Translations under genes and position numbers: made by a program
Shown here: positions 25,415-36,559 of the stretch, piece by piece
How positions within the stretch are numbered: the stretch's first letter is position 1
Layout: the number at the start of each line of letters is the position of its first letter
DNA from: Ranitomeya imitator
Taxonomy: Eukaryota
Direction of reading: 5' to 3'
Assembly (NCBI RefSeq): GCF_032444005.1
Contig: NC_091291.1
Coordinates: forward strand, 43,586,001 to 43,650,000
Length of the DNA: 64,000 nucleotides
The notes under the pieces: model-generated
What the model was told of the DNA's origin: nothing
Databases searched by the model: none
The model's input: the letters and a program-made list of their open reading frames with translations, nothing else

Positions 25415-27501
25415 GGGGGGGCCCACAGTGTGTGAACAGCCCGGGGCCCTGGCTACCCTTAATCCACCCCTGAACTGACCAGTTCAAAAATTCAGTTTAG
25501 TTTGGAAATGGCAAATACTAAATTATAGAAGGTAGCCCGTATTATTATATGCCATGTGAGACCTCCAGTTGGGATTTCACATTAGCTAAAGGCAAAGGAA
25601 AAACAGTCAGGACTTCAGACTCCTTAAAACTTAAAAAATTGCCTCTGATGCCATTGTTATAGAGAAAACAATCAAATGGTTCTTCTGCCAAAAACAACCA
25701 GACTTCCTTGACCAGATCCTGGTAGGTCATCTGCAAAATACAGGCTGCCTACTGATACATAAGGCCTACGCAGTTTGACTTAAACTTCCAACATGTTGTC
25801 ACAGATGTAGTGACAGCACCAGCCATAGGTTGGGGACTAATGCCCTATAGTCTGCCTATTGAGTATGCTACACATTAGGGCAACCTGTAACCTCAATCGT
25901 GCTGCCCAAAATGTGGACAACATGAATCAGAGCCTGGCTGCACGTTTACAAAACATGAAAAACATAACCTACATCTGTTAACATTTGGTTTATTTTATTT
26001 GGTGAAGCAAACAACAAGCGGTACAAAAGAACTGAAAACTTCAGTGTGCATAACTGTTTACCCCCCTAAAGTCAGTACCCTGTAGAGCCTTCTTTTGCTG
26101 CAATTACAACTGCAAGTTGCTTCGGATAAGTCTCTATAAGCTATTCACATCTTGCCACTGGGATTTTTTTTACCAATTCCTCTAGGCAAAACTGCTCCAG
26201 CTCCTTCAAGTAATAGTCCTTCTAGATAGTTTCCTCTAGTGAACAGCAATCTTCAAGTCTGACCATAGATTGTCAATTGGATTAAAGTCTGGACTTTGAT
26301 TAGGTAGCTCCAAAACATTTACACGTTTTCTGTTAAACCATTCGAATGTTGCTTTAGCAGAATGCAGTGGGTCATTGTCTTGTTGGAAGGTGAGCCCAGT
26401 CTCAAATCATTGACAGACTGAAACAGGTTTTGCTCAAGAATATCTCAGTATTTCGCACCATCCGTCTTCCCCTCGACTCAGACCATTTTCCCTTTCCCTG
26501 CTGCTGACAAACACTCCCACAGCATGATGCTGCAGCCATCATGCTTCATTGTGGGGTCGGTGTTCTTGGTGTGATGAGCTGTGTTGGTTTGGCACCAAAC
26601 AATGTGTTACGCCACCTAATACTTACCTGTCCGGCCGGCGCGCTCCCGACGCTCCTTCTCGCTCCCCTTCGTCTGGGTTCTCAGGCGCTCGTCCTTTCTG
26701 CGGTCCGTGCATGCGCAAACACGCTCCTTTCGCCACTGTGGCTCCTTGGAGTTCGTGACTCGGTGGCTCCGCCCCCAGTATGGCAGCGCCCGTCGGGTAC
26801 TTCTTTCCTGCATCTGTACAGGTAAGACGCCTTTGCGTTTATTGAGTTCGCTGGCTTCTTGCTGACGTCTTTAAGTTCTTTGGCTCCTGTCTCTGGTCCT
26901 CACACTTTGACTCTGTCTTGACTCGTTACTAATTACCATTGTCATTCTTTTCAGCCCTTGGTCCCTGCCATCCCTGCCAGTTCTGTGTTCCAGCCGTCCC
27001 TGCCTGTCCTGTTCCTACCGTCCCTGCCAATCCTGTGTTCCCGCCATCCTTGCCAATCCTGTGTTTCCTGCCATCCCTGCCAATCCTGCGTTTCCTGCCA
27101 TCCCTGCCAGTCCTGTGTTCCTGCTATCCCTGCCAGTTCTGTATTCCTGCCGTCCCTGCCAGTCCTGTGTTCCTGCCGTCCTTGCCAATCCTGTGTTCCC
27201 GTCGTTCCCCGGCAATCGTGTGTCTTTGCCATACCGTACTTTGTCTTTGCTGCCTCTGTCCGTCCTGTGTCTCCGCCGTTCTGGTCACCTCAGTGGCTCC
27301 GTCTCTCTTCCGTCTTCCGATCTTCTTTGGTCCAGCCCACAGTCACCCCTTTGGCTCCGGCAGTTGTGGCTTCACCCTCCTTGGGCCTGTCCCAAACACT
27401 CCCTGTACAGGGGTAGCACTATCTGGTCCGCTCATCCTTGGGGGCTCTGAAGCCGCGACCCAAAGGGTCCACTTCTCGGGTTCTTATAGTACGCAAAGGC
27501 C

Positions 27502-28644
27502 ATGGATCCCGCTGGAGCTGCTCAGAAAGAACTTGTTTTCCTGCGGGAGAATCAGACCTGGATGATATCCTGTTGGTGTCCCCTGTCCCTCCTCCATTCC
27601 CCTTCCAGGTTGCCCTCTGTTTATTCTTCCTATGCAGATGTTTTTGACAAAAAGGAAGCGGAGACTCTTCCGCCACATCGACCCTATGACTGTCCTATAG
27701 ACCTCGTTCCTGGTACCACTCCTCCTAGAAGAAGAATCTATCCTCTCTCTCCTGCAGAGACTCAAGCTATGTCGGACTATGTTCAGGAGAACATCGCCAG
27801 AGGCTTCATTCGAAAATCTTCATCTCCAGCTGGGGCAGGTTTCTCTTTTGTGAAAAAGAAGGATGGTACTCTTCGTCCTTGTATTGACTACAGAGGGTTA
27901 AACAACATTACTATGAAGAATAAATACCCATTGCCTCTTATTTCAGAACTCTTCGACCGCCTGAGGGGAGCACAAATTTTTACCAAACTTGATCTTCGGG
28001 GAGCCTACAACTTGGTCCGTATCCGTGCGGGGGACAAGTGGAAGACCGCATTCAACACTCAGGGCGGTCACTATGAGTATTTGGTTATGCCATTTGGACT
28101 TTGTAATGCTCCTGCTGTATTCCAAGAGTTCGTCAATGATATCTTTCGAGATTGCCTCTATACTAGTGTTGTGGTCTACTTGGACGACATCCTCGTCTTC
28201 TCTCCAGATTTATCTACTCATCGACGAGATGTTCGCCAAGTCTTACTTCGTTTAAGGGAGAATCATCTCTTTGCGAAGATTGAGAAATGTGTCTTTGAAC
28301 AGTCTTCCGTACCCTTCCTGGGTTATATTGTCTCTAAGGATGGCCTGGAGATGGATCCTGAGAAGGTGTCTGCCGTTCTAAATTGGCCACGTCCTTCGGG
28401 AGTAAAGGCTATTCAGCGATTTCTTGGCTTTGCTTATTACTATAGACAATTTATCCCTCATTTCTCCTCCTTGACTAAACCGATTCCTGCTCTGATTCGC
28501 AAGGGAGTCGACCCTAATCTTTGGCCTCCGGAGGCCGAAGCTGCCTTCCAAACCCTGAAGCAAGAATTTGCTTCAGCACCAGTGCTTTATCGACCGGATA
28601 CCAATAGACCATTTATTCTTGAATTGGATGCGTCCTCTATTTGA
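27502..28644 (+). CDS. Gypsy-3 gag N-terminus fused in frame to RT (380 aa, ends at a nonsense codon)
   Basis: MDPAGAAQKELVFLRENQT is followed directly by the pre-RT linker (YADVF...[13 protein letters not shown]), then [11 protein letters not shown] and YLDDIL. TGA replaces GGA in DASSI-G-AGAVL. Confidence 0.8.
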   Translation: MDPAGAAQKELVFLRENQTWMISCWCPLSLLHSPSRLPSVYSSYADVFDKKEAETLPPHRPYDCPIDLVPGTTPPRRRIYPLSPAETQAMSDYVQENIARGFIRKSSSPAGAGFSFVKKKDGTLRPCIDYRGLNNITMKNKYPLPLISELFDRLRGAQIFTKLDLRGAYNLVRIRAGDKWKTAFNTQGGHYEYLVMPFGLCNAPAVFQEFVNDIFRDCLYTSVVVYLDDILVFSPDLSTHRRDVRQVLLRLRENHLFAKIEKCVFEQSSVPFLGYIVSKDGLEMDPEKVSAVLNWPRPSGVKAIQRFLGFAYYYRQFIPHFSSLTKPIPALIRKGVDPNLWPPEAEAAFQTLKQEFASAPVLYRPDTNRPFILELDASSI

Positions 28645-28858
28645 GCTGGAGCAGTTCTTTTACAGAGGTCTAACTCTGGTCGATTAGTCTCCTGTGGGTT
28701 TCTCTCTAAAGCATTTTCTCCTCCTGAGCGTAATTATTCCATTGGTGACAAGGAATTATTGGCCATTAAATTGGCCTTGGGGAGTGGCGGTACCTCCTTG
28801 AAGGGGCTGTACATCCTTTCATTATTTTTACGGATCACAAGAATCTAGCCTATGTTCA

Positions 28859-30272
28859 AAAACAAATAAAAGAGAGAAAATAGCATATGGACAGCACTGC
28901 CCCAACTAAATCCATAATCTTCAGGAAAGCCGGTACTAGAAAGCTATATCATGTCAGCAACAGCCATGGCAAAAAAGATATTGGGTGCAAAACCATGAAA
29001 TAACATATGTGTCCCAGGTAGCAAAAGAAAAAAAGCAGGATGCACTCACCAATCTTCAAAGTAGCAAATTTTATTGAGTCTTCACAATTAAAACTTCATG
29101 GCCGGGGGAGAAGAAAAGGAGCTCGTGCGAGCAGGGGAGACGACGGCCGTTTCGCGCGGTCCTTGCGCTTCAACGGGTCTGCATGAGTGAGGGCAGAGTG
29201 GTGGATGGGATATGGTGGCCAATAAGCCCACCCCCAACATGAACCCGCCCACACACCTACAACCTCGCTCATGTTAAGAAATACAAACTAAACACATGCA
29301 CTCGGCTGACATCCGAGTGCAGCCTGAATAAAAACAAGATAAGTTATATATAGTGTTGAGCGATACCATCCGATACTTGAAAGTATCGGTATCGGATAGT
29401 ATCGGCCGATACCCGAAAAGTATCGGATATCGCCGATACCGATATCCGATACCAATACAAGTCAATGGGACACCAAGTATCGGAAGGTATCCTGATGGTT
29501 CCCAGGATCTGAAGGAGAGGAAACTCTCCTTCAGACCCTGGGATCCATATTAATGTGTAAAATAAAGAATTAAAATAAAAAATATTGATATATTCACCTC
29601 TCCGGCGACCCCTGGACATCACCGCGCGTAACCGGCAGGCTTCTTTGTTTAAAATGCGCGCGTTTAGGACCTGAGGAATGACGTCGCGGCTTCTGATTGG
29701 TCGCGTGGTGGTCACATGGGCGGCACGCGACCAATCAGAAGCCGCAACGTCATTCCTCAGGTCCTAAACGCGCTCATTCTAGGAATTTAGGACCTGAGGA
29801 ATGACGTCGCGGCTTCTGATTGGTCGCGTGGCGGTCACATGGGCGGCACGCGACCAATCAGAAGCCGCGACGTCATTCCTCAGGTCCTAAACGCGCTCAT
29901 TTTAAACAAAGAAGCCTGCCGGTTACCCGCGGTGATCTCCAGGGGCCGCCGGAGAGGTGAATATATCAATATTTTTTATTTTAATTCTTTATTTTACACC
30001 TCACTATGGATCCGATACCGATACCCGATACCACAAAAGTATCCGATCTCGGTATCGGAATTCCGATACTGCAAGTATCGGCCGATACCCGATACTTGCG
30101 GTATCGGAATGCTCAACACTAGTTATATACTATTAATCCACATAAATTATGATTAGGGAAAGAAGAAAAGTTTTTTTTTACAAAAAACAGCCGCGATATA
30201 AACAATTGTAAGATATCCTGCAGTCGGTATTTTAAGCATTATGCAAAAAAGATTTTTTTTTTCTTTTGCTAC
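28859..30272 (-). mobile_element. Non-coding Penelope-like insertion in Gypsy-3 RNase H
   Basis: 14-bp TSD CTAGCCTATGTTCA (28845-28858, 30273-30286). Hammerhead-like motif on the minus strand ~29144-29180. Terminal ~17 nt is an inverted copy of 29018-29034. Confidence 0.7.
29351..30121. mobile_element. hAT-type palindromic MITE
   Basis: TIR TAGTGTTGAGC / GCTCAACACTA; exact 8-bp TSD GTTATATA (29343-29350, 30122-30129). Confidence 0.93.
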
Positions 30273-30286
30273 CTAGCCTATGTTCA

Positions 30287-31530
30287 GTCCGCCCAAAGGC
30301 TGAACCCTCGACAAGCCAGATGGTCCTTGTTCTTTGGACGTTTCGACTTTGAGCTACATTTCCGACCTGGAAATAAGAACACCAAAGCTGTTGCTCTATC
30401 AAGATCTTTTCAACCACTGGATGAAGAGGAGAGGCCTGCGCATATTCTTGATCCTGCTAACATCGTTTCTTTAGCTCCCCTGGATGTGACCACTTCTCTG
30501 GGGAAAACCTTGGTGTCAAATCGTGACAAGATGAAAGTTTTACATTGGGGTCATTCCTCCTGGTTTGCTGGACACGTTAGGGGCAAGAAGATTCTCTCCC
30601 TGATTTCTCGCCATTATTGGTGGCCTTCACTTTGCCAAGATGTCCTGGATTTCGTTGCTTCCTGTTCCTCGTGTGCTAGGAACAAAGTTCCTCGACAGCT
30701 TCCTTCGTGATCTCTGCATCCACTTCCTGTGCCTTCTGTTCCCTGGAGTCATATTGTGATGGACTTTGTCACAGATTTACCGCAGTCCTCTAATTGCACT
30801 GTAATTTTGGTGGTGGTGGATAGATTGTTCCAAAATGGCCCACTTCATCTCTTTACCTGGTTTACCTTTTGCTCCTGACCTAGCGAAGATCTTTTTACAT
30901 CAAGTATTTCGACTTCATGGATTCCCTCAGCATATCGTGTCCGACCGAGGAGTTCAGTTTACCTCTCGTTTTTGGAGAGCGCTTTGTGGACTTATGAAGG
31001 TATCGCTGAATTTTTCTTCTGCATACAATCCCCAGTCCAACTGTCAAGTGGAGCGTGTAAATCAAATTCTCACATCTTATCTTCGACATTTTACCAATGC
31101 TCATCATGATGACTGGGTGTCTCTTCTTCCCTGGGCAGAATTCACCTATAATAATCACACTAGTGAATCTTCGTCTAAATCTCCTTTTTTTTTATTGTTT
31201 TTGGGCAACATCCCAGCATTCGTCTCGCTGTTCTCCCCACCTTAGGTGTACCGGCAGTGGATTCCTTTTCCTTGGAATTTTCCAAGATTTGGCAGGAGGC
31301 TAAGGAGGCGCTTGAGAGGACTAGTAGCAGAATGAGAAAGTATGCTGACAGGAGGCATTTAGATGTTCCTCCATATCGTCCTGGCGATAAGGTCTGGCTA
31401 TCCTCTTGCTACGGGGCGGCACGATGGCGCAGTGGTTAGCACTGCAGCCTTGCAGCGCTGGAATCCTGGGTTCGAACCCCACCAAGGACAACATCTGCAA
31501 AGAGTTTGTATGTTCTCTCCGTGTTTGCGT

Positions 31531-31561
<31 letters not shown>

Positions 31562-32090
31562 ACATTCCAAAGACATACTGATAGGGAATTTAGATTGTGA
31601 GCCCCATCGGGGACAGTGATGATAATGTGTGCAAACTGTAAAGCGCTGCGGAATTTGTTAGCGCTATATAAAAATAAAGATTATTATTATTACATCAGAC
31701 TCAAGATTCCCTCTCAAAAGTTAGGTCCACGTTACATCGGCCCCTTTCAGATTTCTAGCTGTATTAATGACGTAGCTTACAAGTTGAAGCTGCCCGCTTC
31801 GTTACGCATTCCTAACGCTTTTCATGTATCGCTCCTCAAACCCGCAATTTTAAATCATTTTCATTCTGCTCCATCGCGTTCTCATCTACCCTTTACTTCC
31901 GATGCTTCTTTTGAAGTTAAGGATATTCTTTCCAAGAAATCTGTTAAAGGTAGGACTTTTTATTTAATTGATTGGAATGGGTTTGGTCCCGAAGAAAGAT
32001 CTTGGGAACCCCTAGAGAATATCAATGCTCCTCTAATCTTGAGGAGGTTCCTTTCCAGTTTTAAAGAGAGGGGGGTAAGAGAGGGGGTAC
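30287..32090 (+). pseudogene. Gypsy-3 RNase H end, integrase and chromodomain (multiple lesions)
   Basis: HAHYWWP-like HYWWPSL...CSSC zinc finger region, IVSDRGVQFTSRFW, FEVKDIL...YLIDWNGFGPEERSWEP. Broken by stops, frameshifts and the SINE. Confidence 0.88.
31413..31690 (+). mobile_element. Full-length tRNA-derived V-SINE with L2-type tail
   Basis: A box TGGCGCAGTGG, B box GGTTCGAACC, V-domain, tail TGTAAAGCGCTGCGGAAT...AATAAAG(ATT)n. Inserted in Gypsy-3 with TAC duplicated. Confidence 0.92.
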
Positions 32091-35000
32091 TGTTATGCCG
32101 CCTAATACTTACCTGTCCGGCTGGCGCGCTCCTGATGCTCCTTCTCGCTCCCCTCCATCTGGGTTCTCAGGTGCTCGTCCTTTCTGCGGTCCGCGCATGC
32201 GAGACGTGCTCCTTTCCTTTCGCCGCTGTGACTTCTTGGAGTTTGTGACCCGGTGGCTCTGTCCTCAATATGGCGGCGCCCGTTGGGTACTTCTTCCCTG
32301 CATCTATACAGGTAAGACGCCTTTGCGTCTATTGCGTTTGCTGGCATCTTGCTGGCGTCTCTTTAGGTTCTTTGGCTCCTGTCTCTGCTCTTCATGCTTT
32401 GACTCTGTCTTGACTCATTACTAATTGTCGTTGTCATTTTTTTCAGCCCTTGGTCCCTGCCGTCCCTGCAGTTGTGTTCCAGCCTTCCCTGCCTGTCCTG
32501 TTCCTACCGTCCCTGCCAATCCTGTGTTCCTGCTGTCCTTGCCAATCCTGTTTCCTGCCGTCCCTACCAATACTGCGTTTTCTGCCGTCCCTGCCAGTCC
32601 TGTGTTCCTGCCGTCCCTGCCAGTCCTGTGTTCCTGCCGTCCTTGCCCATCCTGTGTTCCCGTCGTTCCCCACCAATCGTGTGTCTTCACCATACTGGTC
32701 AGTACTTTGTCTTTACTGCCCCTGTCCGTCCTGTGTCTCTGCCGTTCTGGTCACCTCAGTGGCTCCGTCTCTCTCCCGTCTTCTGATCTTTTTTGTCCAG
32801 CCCACAGTCACCCCTTTGGCTCCAGCAGTTGTGGCTTCACCCTCCTTGGGCCTGTCCCAAACACTCCCTGTATAGAGGGTAGCACTATCTGGTCCACTCG
32901 TCCTCAGGGGCTCTGAAGCCGCGACCCAAAGGGTCTACTTCTCGGGTTCTTATATATAGCATTTACCTTGGTGTCCAAAAAGTTCAATTTTTATCTTATC
33001 AGATCACAGCACCTTCCTCCATACATTTGAGAAGTCTCCCACATGTCTTTTCGCAAACTCAAAGCTAGTTTTACTTATTTTTTGTGTAAGTAAAGGCTTT
33101 TTTTCTGCTCACTCTTCCATAAAGGCCACCTCTAAGGAGCGAAAGGTTTATTATGGTCGTATAGTCAGACACTCTAGTCTCTGCTTGGGATCACTGCAGC
33201 TGATGGTTACCTTTGTTCTCTGTGTGGCCTCTCTGACTAATGTCTTCCTTGCCCAGGCTGAGAGTTTTGGTGGGCGCCCTCTCTTGGCAAGTTTGTTGTG
33301 GCACCAGGTTTTTCCATTTGATGATAATGGATTTGATGGTGCTCCGTGGAATCATCAGAGATTGGGATTTTTTTTATAACCCAACCCTGACTTGTACTTC
33401 TTAACGACTTTGTCCCTGACTTGTTTGGAGATCTCCTTGGTCTTCATACTGTTGTTTGGTTAGTGATGCCTCTTGCTTAATGCTGTTGTAGCCTCTGTGG
33501 CCTTTCAAAAAAGGTGTGTATATACTGACAGACCATGTACACTTAGATTGCACACAGGTGGACTTCCTTTCACTAAGTATTTGACTTATTAAGGTAATTG
33601 CTTGAGTTAGAACTTTTTAGGGGCTTCATCGCAAAAGGGGTGAATATGCATGCCAGTTTTTAGCTATTTGATCCAATAAATTTAATAAATGCCTATATTT
33701 TTCTCACTTCACTGACTTATAGTACTTACTGCTGATGCATCACACACAAATCGGATTCCAAATATATTTAAACACAGTTTTTTTTGTAACAAAATAGGTA
33801 AAAAGCCAAGGAAGGGGGGATACTTTCACAAGCCACTGTATATTATAAAGATCCTTCTCGAAACCGTAGCTGGAGACAAGATTAGTCCGGCACCACCCAC
33901 TGCATTTGATTGACAGGTCTTTCCCATAGCAAGATATTTGTTACTCACATAGAGGTGTGCCGGGAAAAGCCGTACGAGTGTAGCTCTGGACTAATCTTAT
34001 CTCCAGCAATCATGCAACCAGGCTTTAATTCATACTGTCCGCTATTTGGGCAGCATCAATCAAGTGACAAGTTTTGCAGCCCCAATGAAAAGAAATAAAC
34101 TACAAAAGGGTCCATCAGTGCCAAATATCAGGAGGACGGTTGATGCAGTTTTTCTGTTAGCTGAATCAGACTGTTTTCCTTTAGTTAAATCAAACTCGAG
34201 ATTTTGGGGGAAAACTGTGATAATGAATCTGTTTAGCGCGTTATTTAACAGTATCTTCACTCGTTATTTCATCATCATCTGTTGATGGGTAAACATATTG
34301 AAACTATATATATCTGCTCAGAAATTCAACTTTGTCACTTAAGAGGGAAAATGATCAAAGTGCAGACTGAGGCAAGGTAAGTATAAAGGGAATTATGGAG
34401 ACATCTGTGAGATTATTCATAGATGCGCAGCTTGAAAATCTGCTTTACACTGACACTAATTATGGTGTTTGCAAAACAATGTTTCTGTTTGTAAATGTTG
34501 AATACAAATATAATTGTGAAATTCTGAGTCATTGTACTGTCTTTTCATGTCCTTGGAGAAAGTGAGTAATATTTTGCAGATTGCTTTTTAACTTTTGCTT
34601 TACAGTCAGTTTCCTTAAGACTAAATGCATATGGTGTGTGTTTGGTGCGGATTTTCTGGATAGATGTGCATGCAGAAAATCCGCGGAGTAACACTGGCTT
34701 TGCATCAAGCATACCTCTTGGAATTGTGTCCAAAAAGATGAACGTTGGTGTCATCAGAGATAATGTGTATTACAGCATAATCTGCATATAAACATGTCTA
34801 TAAAGCATTAGTATAATTGTCATGATTACACTTACCTTAACCCATGCTCAGCAACCACAAATAAAAATTGAAAGCTCAGCCCCGACCTCTAGGCCTTTTC
34901 CATTGTTACTAATAAGAACCACCCCTATACCAGCAGACTTGAAAGCTTGATGTTTCTTCTTATGATGTGTTTTGTAGTGTCGCAGAGCCTCTGACACACT

Positions 35001-35639
35001 GATTGAACAGGAGTAATAAACAGACCGTGGCTTTGACTGCAGTAATGACAGCACTGGCCCCAGGCAGTAAGATACTGAGCTTGGAAAAAAAACAGAACTA
35101 GTTCCATTTCCGCTAGATGTTCTGCCAGCAACAGTCCGACTCCACAGCAGTGCTAGTGTGCATTGCAGGAGCTGTGGGTGGAATTGGTGGTGGGGGTGTG
35201 GCTGTGGAATCGGGAAGCCCACTATGGATTCATGAAGTGCGGCCCACCGGGAATCTGGCTGGTTGGGCAGATGGTCAGTCCGGGAATAATACGTATATAG
35301 TATATAGCTTAGAATTGTATATATAAAATGTAGTATATACTGTGGAGCTGTATAAATACTATATAGACTATACAAGTGTGTGTATAGTATATAGCGTGGA
35401 GATGTGTATATAGTACACTGATGAGCAAAACCTAACCATGAATTGAGCTTTTGAATTTCAGGCTCCATATCTCATTATCCACTTCTGCTTTGAACGTAAG
35501 ACTGCCATCATTTTATAGACAATCATCTTGGCTCTCAAACATAAATAGGACTTTCAAATGATTGGTTATGCAAATTCTTGTCATGTTACTGCATTATTAC
35601 TGTTTTGCTCCTAAAAATCTAAATTAAAATTTTTATTAT

Positions 35640-36330
35640 TTTGTTAATCCTTCTGAGCATGCTCTCAATCAGATTAAAGCATGTCTTGACTGAAATCTGA
35701 TCCCAAGACTTTTCTACATGTTCCCAAAGTTGGTGCATACTTGTCGACTTACTTGGGTTTGTATACAGCTTTTTCTTCAACTTTACTCACAAGTGTTCAA
35801 TTGCATGGAGGTCTGGTGACTGTGCAGGCCAATCCAGCACCTTTACTTTGTTGTCATCGAACCATTTCTTCTCTAATCTCAACGTTTGATTCAGGTGGTT
35901 GTCCTGCTGGAGCACTATGTTGTCCTTTTCAAAGTACTCAAATATAGGTAGTAATTCATCTTGTGGGATACTCACATATAGCTCAGCATTGAGACCACCA
36001 TCGATACTAGTCAAGTATCCAACGCCTTTGGCTGTGAAACAGCCCCATATCATCAGTTCCCTCAATTTCTCGATCTGTTAGCCCTTTTTTTCCCTTGTAT
36101 CTTCCAGACCCGTTTGTACCCATCAGAGCCTAGTCTGCTGACTTTCATCTCATCACTTGAGATCACACGTTTCTAATCTTCTGTTGTCCACTTTTCTTAC
36201 TTTTTTGCAAACTCGGGTCAAAGTTTCTTATGACAATATTGAAGGCTTCTTCATCTTATTTTGTGCCACCATTCCAGACTTGTGTAACTTGCGATACAGG
36301 ATCTGTCTAGTCTGTTAGACCTTTCAACAA
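35640..36330 (-). mobile_element. Tc1 transposase remnant
   Basis: ORF 35787-36065: MIWGCF...LQQDN...VLDWPAQSPDLHAIEHL (DD34E region). Boundaries approximate. Confidence 0.85.
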
Positions 36331-36559
36331 CTCTGACACGGTGTGCTGTTTATGACCTAAACATATGAGTTTAAGCAGAGCCTGTTGTTGCTTCGATCAT
36401 GCATTGCTGCAGTTCTTCTAACTTGCGACTGATAATTCTGAGATGGAGAATGAGGAGGAGGATGGGGAGCAGGAACTGGTGTAGGAGAATGGGGAAACAC
36501 TGATGTAACTGGGACCCACAATGCTAGGAGTTTGAAGCATGTGTGCAGTCCCACAGTCC

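Larger units (their letters stand above)
22351..25472. mobile_element. Non-autonomous hAT element (3.1 kb) carrying a minisatellite
   Basis: TIR CAGGGGCGGATTA / TAATCCACCCCTG (12/13). Exact 8-bp TSD AACTGACC at 22343-22350 and 25473-25480. Confidence 0.93.
26605..32954 (+). mobile_element. Gypsy-3: degraded chromodomain Gypsy with internal gag/protease deletion and nested inserts
   Basis: LTRs at 26605-27488 and 32091-32954 (about 9 substitutions in the first 100 bp, nearly all transitions). PPT at 32066-32090. RT, RH, IN and chromodomain peptides present. No clean TSD. Confidence 0.92.
25970..33838 (-). mobile_element. Tc1-family transposon remnant split by Gypsy-3 (pieces ~25970-26604 and 32955-33838)
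   Basis: Terminus ATACTTTCACAAGCCACTG|TA at 33838. Transposase start MKTKEISKQVRDKVVKKYKSGLGYKK from 33447 (minus). Tc1 sequence continues across the Gypsy insertion (GGCACCAAAC...TAGCATTTACCTTGG). Confidence 0.82.

Noticed and set aside
25545-25736. 63-aa minus ORF or 59-nt plus-strand AG...GT segment as a host exon
   Set aside because: No recognisable peptide, either strand is equally plausible, and no consistent phase with other candidates.
31413-31485. tRNA gene
   Set aside because: A and B boxes are present but continue into a V-domain and LINE tail; it is a SINE head with no proper cloverleaf.
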